Of a DNA stretch of 64,000 nucleotides, positions 52,537 to 61,523 are shown piece by piece. The position numbers were made by a program, and so were the translations under genes. Under the pieces are notes generated by a model. It saw only the letters and a program-made list of their open reading frames with translations. It was not told the DNA's origin and made no database searches. Numbering within the stretch: position 1 is the first letter of the stretch; each line of letters opens with the position of its first letter. The stretch spans positions 128,001 through 192,000 of the forward strand of contig CAXXUA010000002.1 in NCBI GenBank assembly GCA_963663765.2, in the 5' to 3' direction. The DNA is from Candidatus Poribacteria bacterium. GTDB taxonomy: Bacteria; Poribacteria; WGA-4E; WGA-3G.

Positions 52537-53133
52537 ATGCAATTCAATTCAAGTAATAAACATTGTACACCATTATTACTACTTTTAATTTATATTGCAT
52601 CATTAAGTGGTTGTGATCAGTATGATAATTTGAAGAACAACCCACCCAAAATCAACAGTCTTGATGTTCCTGAAAAGGTTCAATATGGTGAAACAGTTGA
52701 ATTCAAAGTTTCTACTTTTGATGCTGAAGAGGATACCTTAACCTATTTGTGGTACGTTTCGGATGGATCATTAGTTGATGATACCAATCCTATCGTAAAA
52801 TGGATAGCTCCTGAATTACCAGATAAGGAAGTCGTACCATCAGTTACAGTTACAGTGTACATCAATGTTCGAGACGAAGGTGAAGATGATATTTCCCAAT
52901 CTGCTTCAATATCAGTTTATTCAAAAGTTTATGAAGTAGCAAACACACTCAGTGGAGAATATGAACTTCTAAGAACCCAAGTTGACGAGGCCACATTAGA
53001 TCCTTCAAGCGGAACTATGCGTTTGACCATTTCTACGTTTACAAGTGAATTTGATACAGGAGACCAATTCTACTCAGGCGCTTATGAACTGGTAGAACCC
53101 TTTGATGAAAATATCAGAACAAAACAATGGTGA
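52537..53133 (+). CDS. Lipoprotein with PKD/Ig-like domain, possibly truncated
   Basis: Lipobox LSGC, NNPPKI, DAEEDTLTYLW. Confidence 0.6.
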   Translation: MQFNSSNKHCTPLLLLLIYIASLSGCDQYDNLKNNPPKINSLDVPEKVQYGETVEFKVSTFDAEEDTLTYLWYVSDGSLVDDTNPIVKWIAPELPDKEVVPSVTVTVYINVRDEGEDDISQSASISVYSKVYEVANTLSGEYELLRTQVDEATLDPSSGTMRLTISTFTSEFDTGDQFYSGAYELVEPFDENIRTKQW

Positions 53134-53491
53134 AAGAATCATTGTTCCTGACAATACAACAATTTCTGATGAAGCTATTAAATTGATTGAAGAAAAAGCA
53201 ATAACAGATGCAAAAAATGATGCAAAAAAACATATTAATAAAACTATTTGGTTTTCTGTTGGGTGCTTTCTACCAGTGGTTGGACCCATATATTCTCAAA
53301 GAAAAATCAAAACTATACCACTCGCGAGGACCCTTGGAAAATCACCTGAATATATCGCATTCTACACAGATAACTATCGTCTTGAAATAAAAAAACAACG
53401 ATTCACTTGGGGGTTAAGTGGGTGTATTGTTGGGGGACTCACAGACGCATGTTTGATCGGCATTCTTATTAATAGATATGTAATTCATTGA
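53102..53491 (+). CDS. Hypothetical membrane protein, possibly 5'-truncated
   Basis: DAKNDA..WFSVGC, GKSPEYIAFYTD, C-terminal TM. Confidence 0.5.
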   Translation: MMKISEQNNGERIIVPDNTTISDEAIKLIEEKAITDAKNDAKKHINKTIWFSVGCFLPVVGPIYSQRKIKTIPLARTLGKSPEYIAFYTDNYRLEIKKQRFTWGLSGCIVGGLTDACLIGILINRYVIH

Positions 53492-53882
53492 TTCAGAATT
53501 CATTAGTAAAGGCAAAAAGCCAGGGTTATTCAGTCTTCAATATTTTTGATAGTATTTTGCTATGTCGTTAATATTATGTAATACCATCTTATCCATGTCT
53601 TTAGTTCCGTAGGAACGACATAGAAGAATAAACATATCGTCCCTACCGAATCAACGCCAAATGCGCCAAATCAAGAAATCAACGGTATGAATGCCTTTTG
53701 GCATTCCCCGTGTGGCATTTGGCGGGACTAAAGAGCGATATTCATGTTTCAATAATGTAGAATTGATGCGTAAAGTTCGGTTAGGAAACCGAACCTGGAT
53801 ATTAACTTTCAGTAAATCTCAAGAACAGAAAACTCTTAAAACTGAATATCCCTGGCAAAAGGCGGATAAGTGTAGTTTTAAT

Positions 53883-54611
53883 ATGTATCATATTTTTTCA
53901 ATTAACTCCATAGTAGTCTTTAAAACTGCATTTACCTTATTACTGTTATTGTCTTCTGTTCTACCTGCTTTTAGTCAATTTGCGGATTTACCGAATGATG
54001 CCAAGACAGTGGATTTTGGGTTTTCTGGCGATAGAAAATCGCAAACACTCTCATTGACTGGAGTGCTCCCTTTCAAGAATATAAACGGATGGGGTGGAAT
54101 TTTTGGATCGCGAGCAACGGGTGAAAACACTGTCCTTTCAGAAACCATAAAGATACATATACAAGGCGGCATGCGCGTCAGTAAAATCGGTATTGAAGCT
54201 TTTACTGATTTAGAACGCAACATTAGCAAAGGCAGCGCATTAACTTCACAAATCGGGAGTTATATTAGACCGGGCATATATCAAAATGGAACTCTCCGTA
54301 TATCAGGAGGAGTTGGATACTTCATTGAGAATATTCAACCTCATAAAGATCTAACATTACGCAAATTTGATCCTACTTCATTTAGATGGTTAACGTTTTC
54401 ATCTATCGGCTGGAAGAAACTAAATACAATACTGAAATTCACACCAGAAGTTGGTTTCAAAAACTACCGATTTTCAGCAGAACCCGCACTTACTATCGGT
54501 ATTACTACCAGATTGGGATTGCGGTTAAGCGGGTCATTCACATACAATAGCGCACCATTAACCGAAAATTTACAATATAAATATCTCTCAATATTACGTA
54601 TCACACTTTGA
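53883..54611 (+). CDS. Putative outer-membrane beta-barrel protein (DUF481-like)
   Basis: Signal peptide ending AFS-Q; alternating beta-strand pattern. Confidence 0.5.
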   Translation: MYHIFSINSIVVFKTAFTLLLLLSSVLPAFSQFADLPNDAKTVDFGFSGDRKSQTLSLTGVLPFKNINGWGGIFGSRATGENTVLSETIKIHIQGGMRVSKIGIEAFTDLERNISKGSALTSQIGSYIRPGIYQNGTLRISGGVGYFIENIQPHKDLTLRKFDPTSFRWLTFSSIGWKKLNTILKFTPEVGFKNYRFSAEPALTIGITTRLGLRLSGSFTYNSAPLTENLQYKYLSILRITL

Positions 54612-54742
54612 ATATTTGGATTAGAATATTATACACAATTATTTTAAAACGACATTCTACCTGTTATCAATTCTATTAAGTGAGAAATAATCAGACATGG
54701 ATGTTTTACTGAACAATCTCACATAACAGAAGGAATTATACA

Positions 54743-57028
54743 ATGCTTTTTAACTTTGGACAACAAAACAGATCAAGAAACAGGGACAGTAATACTGTTC
54801 AACAACATGGGCACGGTTTTGGAACTGCACCTGTATTTCTTGCATCTATAAGTACTATCCTTGGAGCAATTCTCTTCTTACGTTTCGGATATGCTGTCGG
54901 TCATGTAGGACTATTCAATAGTATCGCCATCATTTTAATCGGACATCTCGTAACAATACCAACAGTTTTGGCTGTTTCAGAGGTCGCTACAAACCGTCGT
55001 GTGGCAGGTGGAGGAGCATATTATATCGTTAGTCGTTCCTTCGGAACCAGCATCGGTGGAACAATCGGAATCGCACTGTATATTTCTCAAGCAATATCTA
55101 TAGCATTCTATATGGTAGCATTCGCTCAAGCATTTGGTCCGGTATTTGAATGGATAGTAATCAACTATGATAGAATTGAAGGTCCCATCGATCTCCGATG
55201 GTTAAGTCTACCAGGCACTATTATACTTATTCTAATGATGTTAACCAAAGGCGCAGATATGGGGGTCTCATTGCTGTGGTTAATCTGTGGCTTACTTACA
55301 GTGTCACTGGTGACTTTTTTTATGGGTAAACCACTTGCTAATATTGATCCTGACAGTTTGCGAATTACACAAGGCATAGTAGGAGGTGATTCTTTCGGTA
55401 AAGTCTTTGCAATATGTTTTCCAGCATTTACCGGTATGATTGCCGGTTTAGGTCTATCTGGTGACTTGAGGAATCCTCAACGCAGTATACCTCTTGGCAC
55501 CATTGGGGCAACTCTTGCTGGACTGGTGATATACCTACTTGTTGCTGTTAAACTGTTTCAAAGTGCACCACCTGAACAACTCGCAAATGTGGATGAAATC
55601 ATTATGGCAAAGATCTCAATATGGCCAGCAGCAATTTATATCGGATTGGCGGCAGCTTCGTTTTCATCGGCACTCGGTTCAATCATGGTAGCACCGAGAA
55701 CACTTCAAGCTCTTGCAAAGGACAATGTTTTGCCAATACCTGCTTTAAACCGACTCATGCAAACTGGAGTTGGAAAAAGCAAGGAACCTATTCCCGCAAC
55801 ATTCGTATCCGGTATCATTGCAATCGTTTTTGTAGCAATTGGTGAACTTAACTATATTGCTCAGATTCTTACCATGTTCTTCTTAGTAACTTATGGAGCA
55901 CTCTGTATTGTCTCTTTTCTTGAACATTTTGCAGGAAATCCTTCTTACCGACCAACCTTCCATTCTCGCTGGTACGTATCACTGTTAGGTACAGTGATGT
56001 GCGGATTGATGATGATACAGATACACCTATTTTTCGCTATCGTATCCATCGTACTAATGATAGCAGTATATATCGGACTCCGTAGGGGTAGTAGCGAACA
56101 ACGTGGTATGTCAGCAATATTTCAAGGCGCTATGTTCCAATTGACAAGATGGCTACAAACAACATTGCAGAAAAACAGAGTTAATCTATCGGAAAGTGGT
56201 TGGCGTCCTTCAATCGTTGCAATTACACAATTTGGTGAACGACGACTCGGACATTTCGATTTGCTACGGTGGTTATGCCATAGACACGGATTTGGACACT
56301 TCATTCAGTTTTTTCCAGGAGATTACTCCTTCCCTGAAGAAATATCCGCGCGAATTCATGTCGACGCACTCATCCAACAAACTGAAGCAAGTAAAGCTGG
56401 TATATTTGTAGATTCACTTATATGTCCTTCCTTCCAACTTGCTTTAGCACACGTCCTCCAAATGCCAGGTATCTCTGGTTTACCCAACAACTCCATCCTG
56501 CTGGAATTTGACAAAAACCACCCTGAAGAAATTGGTGAGGTAAAACAAGGTTCATTGCTTGCTGTGGAATCTTTGTTTAATGTTCTGATATTACGTTCAA
56601 CAAAATACCGTTTTGGATACCGTTCATCAATTCATGTTTGGGTAAATGATGCTAATATTAGCAACGTACCCATGATGTTGTTACTCGCATATATTTTAGT
56701 TGGGCACCCAGAATGGAAACGGGCAAAAATTCGTCTGTTTGCTTGTTCAGATTCTTGGGAAACCGAACTTGATGCTGATGAACTCGCAACAGTCATAAAA
56801 GAAGGTAGACTCCCAATCTCAATGCAAAATGTCACATCGGTTTCCTACGACAACTATGAAACATTAGAAGCAGAAGTTACACAGAGATCCGCACAAGCGG
56901 ATTTGGTTATCGTTGGGTTAACCTTAGAAGATATCACATCAGGGAACTTAGAACAAGAACTACAACGATACCAAGGTGTAAACGATGTCCTATTTGTCCA
57001 CTCAATTGAAAAAATCGCAATTGACTAA
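54743..57028 (+). CDS. Cation-chloride cotransporter (SLC12)-like permease
   Basis: ILGAILFLR, GGGAYYIVSRSFG, FPAFTGMIAG..SGDLRNPQRSIP.GT, soluble C-terminal domain. Confidence 0.85.
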   Translation: MLFNFGQQNRSRNRDSNTVQQHGHGFGTAPVFLASISTILGAILFLRFGYAVGHVGLFNSIAIILIGHLVTIPTVLAVSEVATNRRVAGGGAYYIVSRSFGTSIGGTIGIALYISQAISIAFYMVAFAQAFGPVFEWIVINYDRIEGPIDLRWLSLPGTIILILMMLTKGADMGVSLLWLICGLLTVSLVTFFMGKPLANIDPDSLRITQGIVGGDSFGKVFAICFPAFTGMIAGLGLSGDLRNPQRSIPLGTIGATLAGLVIYLLVAVKLFQSAPPEQLANVDEIIMAKISIWPAAIYIGLAAASFSSALGSIMVAPRTLQALAKDNVLPIPALNRLMQTGVGKSKEPIPATFVSGIIAIVFVAIGELNYIAQILTMFFLVTYGALCIVSFLEHFAGNPSYRPTFHSRWYVSLLGTVMCGLMMIQIHLFFAIVSIVLMIAVYIGLRRGSSEQRGMSAIFQGAMFQLTRWLQTTLQKNRVNLSESGWRPSIVAITQFGERRLGHFDLLRWLCHRHGFGHFIQFFPGDYSFPEEISARIHVDALIQQTEASKAGIFVDSLICPSFQLALAHVLQMPGISGLPNNSILLEFDKNHPEEIGEVKQGSLLAVESLFNVLILRSTKYRFGYRSSIHVWVNDANISNVPMMLLLAYILVGHPEWKRAKIRLFACSDSWETELDADELATVIKEGRLPISMQNVTSVSYDNYETLEAEVTQRSAQADLVIVGLTLEDITSGNLEQELQRYQGVNDVLFVHSIEKIAID

Positions 57029-57069
57029 AGACAAATAGTGTCCTGATGAACATTATGGGATAGTAATTC

Positions 57070-58272
57070 ATGGGAGATTTACTCCAACAATTTGATAAGT
57101 TCCTAAAGAAACCCGCCATTCGGTTGGAACAAGATGTAAGTTTTGGAAATTTGTTTCTTCTAATCGGGGTTCTGGTACTAACTTTTATTATTGCAATATT
57201 CTTACGTCGATGGTTCCGAAGGTTATTTGTTAGATTGAAAATTCAAGGTAACCTTCAAAACCGATTACTTGCTATTCTGTTCCTTATCATAATGATAGTG
57301 GGTATAGGGGTAGCTTTCAACGTATCAAAAATAAGTTCTGAACTAATTGACACAGTTTTTAACTACCCTCTTGCCGATCTATTTCAAACCAGCAAAGATA
57401 CTGTGGAATCCGATGCAGGTGATGAAACATCTATAACTGATGATGAAGAAGTCAGAAGACTTACAATAGCAAGACTATTTTACGGTTTTGTTATCGTCTT
57501 TGGCATGTTTATTCTCTCAAAATATGTCCAAGTTGTTATCAGAACACAAGTATTGCAGTCATTTCAAATTGAGAAACACAACCAATTCATAATACTTCGT
57601 TTATTTCACTTTTGTCTTATTACGATTGGGGTTTTAATCAGTCTTAGCACACTTGGGATTGGTCTAACAAACATAGCGTTGATATTCGGTGGGTTGAGTA
57701 TCGGCATTGGTTTTGGTTTACAGAACACTGTTGCGAATTTGATTTCAGGTTTGATATTGATTTTTGAACGCCCTATCAAAATTGGTGATTTAGTGGAAAT
57801 TATGGATGTCAACATATTTGGTAGGGTGAGTAGTATCAACCTACGTTCAACAGTAATTATGGCAGTTGATGAAAAGGAAGTCATTGTTCCCAATTCACAA
57901 TTGATTACAGAACCGGTTCATAACCTAACACATTATAATAATAGGTTTCGGGTTCACATACAGGTAAGTGTTTCGTTTAACTCAGATGTAGAACTCGTAA
58001 AAAATGCACTAATTGAGGTCGCGTATGCACACCCTGAGGTGATTAAAGAACCGACACCTGAAATGGAAAACGTTACTGCCCCATTTGTACGATTTATAAA
58101 CTTCGGAGAATCGTCTTTAGACTTTGAATTGTTTGCTTGGATTCCTGATTCTTTCTTAAGATTTGATGTTGCGAGTGATCTTCATTTTATGGTTTGGGAA
58201 AAATTTAAGGAACACGACATCAAAATCCCATTCCCACAACGCGACGTACATTTCTTCCCAACAGAAAACTAA
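57070..58272 (+). CDS. MscS-family mechanosensitive channel
   Basis: GIGFGLQN..SGLILIFERPIKIGD, VPNS, FGESSLDF, IPFPQRDV. Confidence 0.93.
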   Translation: MGDLLQQFDKFLKKPAIRLEQDVSFGNLFLLIGVLVLTFIIAIFLRRWFRRLFVRLKIQGNLQNRLLAILFLIIMIVGIGVAFNVSKISSELIDTVFNYPLADLFQTSKDTVESDAGDETSITDDEEVRRLTIARLFYGFVIVFGMFILSKYVQVVIRTQVLQSFQIEKHNQFIILRLFHFCLITIGVLISLSTLGIGLTNIALIFGGLSIGIGFGLQNTVANLISGLILIFERPIKIGDLVEIMDVNIFGRVSSINLRSTVIMAVDEKEVIVPNSQLITEPVHNLTHYNNRFRVHIQVSVSFNSDVELVKNALIEVAYAHPEVIKEPTPEMENVTAPFVRFINFGESSLDFELFAWIPDSFLRFDVASDLHFMVWEKFKEHDIKIPFPQRDVHFFPTEN

Positions 58273-58315
58273 CAGCAAACGGGTTCCCAGTCTTCTCGGT
58301 TTCATTCCTTACATT

Positions 58316-58978
58316 CTATTGCTCAATATCTGTGTGTCGTATTACCTCACCTTTGACAAGGTAATACACCTCTTCTCCGATATTTGCTGCAAGGTCTCCT
58401 ACACGTTCCAAATGCCTAAATAGTATCAGAAGACTAAAACCCGGTTGTATAAGTTCTGGTTGCTCTGTCAAAACTGAATAAAGTTGATCTACCATCTGTT
58501 GATAAGTTTCATTAACTTTGATGTCACGTTCCCTGAGTTCTCTTGCAAGATCTTCATTTCTATTAACCAACGCATCAAGCGCATCATTCACCATTTCTTG
58601 TACTAACTGCGTTGCAGATGGAAGATCAACTATCGGCGGCATTGGAGGATATGAAATCAGTTCAATACTACGTCTCGCAATTGAAACGCATTTATCTGCT
58701 AATCTTTCAATACTTCTGTTTACCTTTTGTGCCATCACCAGATAACGCAATTCAAAAGCAACAGGTTGGTGTCGAGCAATGAGTTGGATACATCTTGCCT
58801 CAATATCATTTTCAAGTTTGTCTACAGTATCGTCAATAGCAATCACACGTTGGGCAAGTTCCACGTCGCGATTAAGAACCGATTGAACTGCATCACGGAA
58901 CATGGTTTCTGCTATCCCACCCATCTTTAATAGTTGGTGTTGAAGTGCTTTGAGCTCTGTTTCAAGATAATGTTGCAT
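58316..58978 (-). CDS. phoU: Phosphate signalling protein PhoU
   Basis: QPVAFELR, ERLAD, HLERVGDLAANIGE. Confidence 0.93.
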   Translation of the reverse strand: MQHYLETELKALQHQLLKMGGIAETMFRDAVQSVLNRDVELAQRVIAIDDTVDKLENDIEARCIQLIARHQPVAFELRYLVMAQKVNRSIERLADKCVSIARRSIELISYPPMPPIVDLPSATQLVQEMVNDALDALVNRNEDLARELRERDIKVNETYQQMVDQLYSVLTEQPELIQPGFSLLILFRHLERVGDLAANIGEEVYYLVKGEVIRHTDIEQ

Positions 58979-59002
58979 CGTTCTTACACGGAAATCCTTT
59001 GT

Positions 59003-59773
59003 TTATCCTAATCTTCCAGTCACGTAGTCCTCAGTTCGTTTGTCTTCTGGGTTAGTAAAAATCTGTTCAGTCTGTCCAAATTCAACCAATTCACCACAAT
59101 ATAGGAAACCAGCCACATCAGAGACACGAGCTGCTTGACGTCTCTTGTTGGTAACAAAGATAATGGTATAATGCCTTTTTAGTGTCTGAACTATTGCTTC
59201 CAATTTAGGAGTTTCTGTAGCATCTAATTGATCGCAAGGTTCGTCAAATATCAGGACCTCTGGATTTGCTGCTAAAGCACGAGCAACACAAAGTCTTTGT
59301 TTTTGACCATTTGACAGAACATCAGGTGAAGATTTTAAATCGTCACATACTTCAGACCAAAGTTGTGCTTTTTTTAGACTCTCTTCAACCAAAGAATATT
59401 GCTCAACCGAAGGTCTAATTCCCCTTAGACGCGCACTATACGCAACGTTGTCATAGATTGACTTCCTAAACAGTATTGGATGATCAAAAACCATTCCGAT
59501 CTGTTTTGCTATATCTGAAGCTTTAGTTTTAGGTGAATATATATCTTTTCCATTGAATATAATCTCACCAGTTAATTTGAAGCTTGATGTAAAATCATTT
59601 AATCGGTTAAAACTTCGCACCAATGCAGTCTTACCACTATTTGAAGGACCAATAAATGCAGTAACTTGCTTTGGTAGGATATCAAAGGTCAGGTCCTTTA
59701 ATATGTGATTCTTTCCATACCAAACATTTAAATTGTTTATTTGTAAGGTAGGAACTTTATTTACCTTCATCAT
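59003..59773 (-). CDS. pstB: Phosphate ABC ATPase PstB paralog with degenerate Q- and H-loops
   Basis: GPSNSGKT, LSNGQ, FDEP, TEDYVTGRLG. Confidence 0.8.
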   Translation of the reverse strand: MMKVNKVPTLQINNLNVWYGKNHILKDLTFDILPKQVTAFIGPSNSGKTALVRSFNRLNDFTSSFKLTGEIIFNGKDIYSPKTKASDIAKQIGMVFDHPILFRKSIYDNVAYSARLRGIRPSVEQYSLVEESLKKAQLWSEVCDDLKSSPDVLSNGQKQRLCVARALAANPEVLIFDEPCDQLDATETPKLEAIVQTLKRHYTIIFVTNKRRQAARVSDVAGFLYCGELVEFGQTEQIFTNPEDKRTEDYVTGRLG

Positions 59774-59824
59774 ATTTCGTTCAACCCAAGTATTACTATA
59801 AGTTTTTAAATGGTGTATAAACCA

Positions 59825-60553
59825 CTAACTATTGCTATTTTTTTGAAGAATACTTGAAAGAATGCATGACAATAGTGCTAAAGATATTAAAACGAAAACG
59901 TTGCTTGAAATCTCAAATGAACTCACATTTTGTATAATTGAAGTTCTTATTTCGCAAACAATGACGAGTAAAGCTGCGATTGCAAGTACACGTGATAATG
60001 CAGTGAAGATACCCCCAATAATCTTAGAAAATGCACGCGGGAATACATGGTCAGCAATCACCTGTAATCTGTCTGCACCCAACGCATACGCCGCTTCTCT
60101 AACTGATAATTCTACGCCTTGAATTGCATTTTGTGTTGTCTGAATTGTAACCGGTACAACAAGAAAAACGATTCCTAAAACAAATGTGAAATCTGCGAAT
60201 AATTTAACCTGAAATAAAAATATTAAAACCACTAATATCGCGTATATTACAGAAGGTATGTTTGCTAAAATTGAGATCTGTTGATTGATAACACGATAAT
60301 ACCAAGTAGTATCTGATAACCATTCTTCTATGTAAAATGCAAAAGCAATACTCAACAACAATGCTACACATAAAAACGGAATCATTCTGTAGAGACGACC
60401 AATCAAATCAGATTCAGAATCCATGTCCATCGGTGCAGATAGTATTTCACTATCAACATCAAACACTTCCGTTGTCACAACCCATACAAAAACGCATGCA
60501 ATTATCAATGTTGCTAACGCTATGATTTGAATAAACAGTTCAGACCTGTTCAT
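59825..60553 (-). CDS. Divergent PstA-like ABC permease
   Basis: LANIPSVIY, EAA loop VREAAYALGA. Confidence 0.7.
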   Translation of the reverse strand: MNRSELFIQIIALATLIIACVFVWVVTTEVFDVDSEILSAPMDMDSESDLIGRLYRMIPFLCVALLLSIAFAFYIEEWLSDTTWYYRVINQQISILANIPSVIYAILVVLIFLFQVKLFADFTFVLGIVFLVVPVTIQTTQNAIQGVELSVREAAYALGADRLQVIADHVFPRAFSKIIGGIFTALSRVLAIAALLVIVCEIRTSIIQNVSSFEISSNVFVLISLALLSCILSSILQKNSNS

Positions 60554-60650
60554 GGTTTTAGCATTGCTTTATGAGAAATGCCTATCTCCCGACAGGCTTT
60601 CTTAGGCAGCCTAAAGATTTTAACCCATAGAAGCACTCTATTGTTAGTAT

Positions 60651-61424
60651 CTATCCGTAACGCATCTGCACATAATCTGCTGTTTTTGGATGTTCAGGAG
60701 TCTCAAATAGGGCTTGTGTCTCTCTATGTTCTATCAGTTCACCAAGAAACATGTATATACACTCAGTGCTTACGCGGCGCGCTTGTGCCATATTATGGGT
60801 TACGATTAAGAAAGTGTATTTTCCAGCAAGTATTCCCATCAGTTCTTCAACTGCCAGAGTGCCTTTAGCATCAAGTGCAGAACACGGTTCATCCATCAAT
60901 ATGATCTGTGGTTTCAGTGGTAGCAAACGTGCAATACATAGTTTCTGTTGCTGTTCCAACTGTAATGATGTCGCACGTGTTTTTAACTTATCTTTTAGAT
61001 CTTCCCAAAGAAAAACGGAGGTGAGCGCTTCTTCAACGATCTCATCAGATTGGCTTCGCGTTAATCTTCCAAAAGGTGAGTGTATCCGGAGACCAAATAG
61101 GATGTTTTCGTAGACTGAAATTGGTAACGGATTTGGACGTTGAAATACCATACCCACGCTTTTTCGTAATTCCAACAATGAAACATCTGGATCATAGATA
61201 TTTTTACCTAATATCTTTATCTCACCTTCTGTTGTGACGTTTCCATAACGTTCATTCACACGGTTAAAACAACGTAGGAGTGTCGTTTTCCCGCATCCAG
61301 AAGGTCCTATGAGTGCCGTGATTTTTCCCTCAGGTATATTTACACTCACATCCATGAGTGCTTGAAAATCACCATACCAAAGACTGAGATTCTTTGTTTC
61401 AATGCTGTGGTTGTTCGTTTCCAA
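60651..61424 (-). CDS. pstB: Phosphate ABC ATPase PstB paralog with degenerate signature
   Basis: GPSGCGKTT, VFQRPNP, LMDEPCSALD, VTHNMAQA; signature reads LQLEQ. Confidence 0.85.
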   Translation of the reverse strand: METNNHSIETKNLSLWYGDFQALMDVSVNIPEGKITALIGPSGCGKTTLLRCFNRVNERYGNVTTEGEIKILGKNIYDPDVSLLELRKSVGMVFQRPNPLPISVYENILFGLRIHSPFGRLTRSQSDEIVEEALTSVFLWEDLKDKLKTRATSLQLEQQQKLCIARLLPLKPQIILMDEPCSALDAKGTLAVEELMGILAGKYTFLIVTHNMAQARRVSTECIYMFLGELIEHRETQALFETPEHPKTADYVQMRYG

Positions 61425-61523
61425 GTAATGTACTCCTCTTTCACTATCTCTTACCGTTCTGTGGTGTGTCTATTTATTTCTTAGTGACATCAGTAAATAT
61501 GTTACCAATGTCTATTTTGTATG

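Noticed and set aside
53691-53882. N-terminal extension of the 53691 ORF
   Set aside because: It starts inside a hairpin module; a signal peptide follows the later ATG at 53883.
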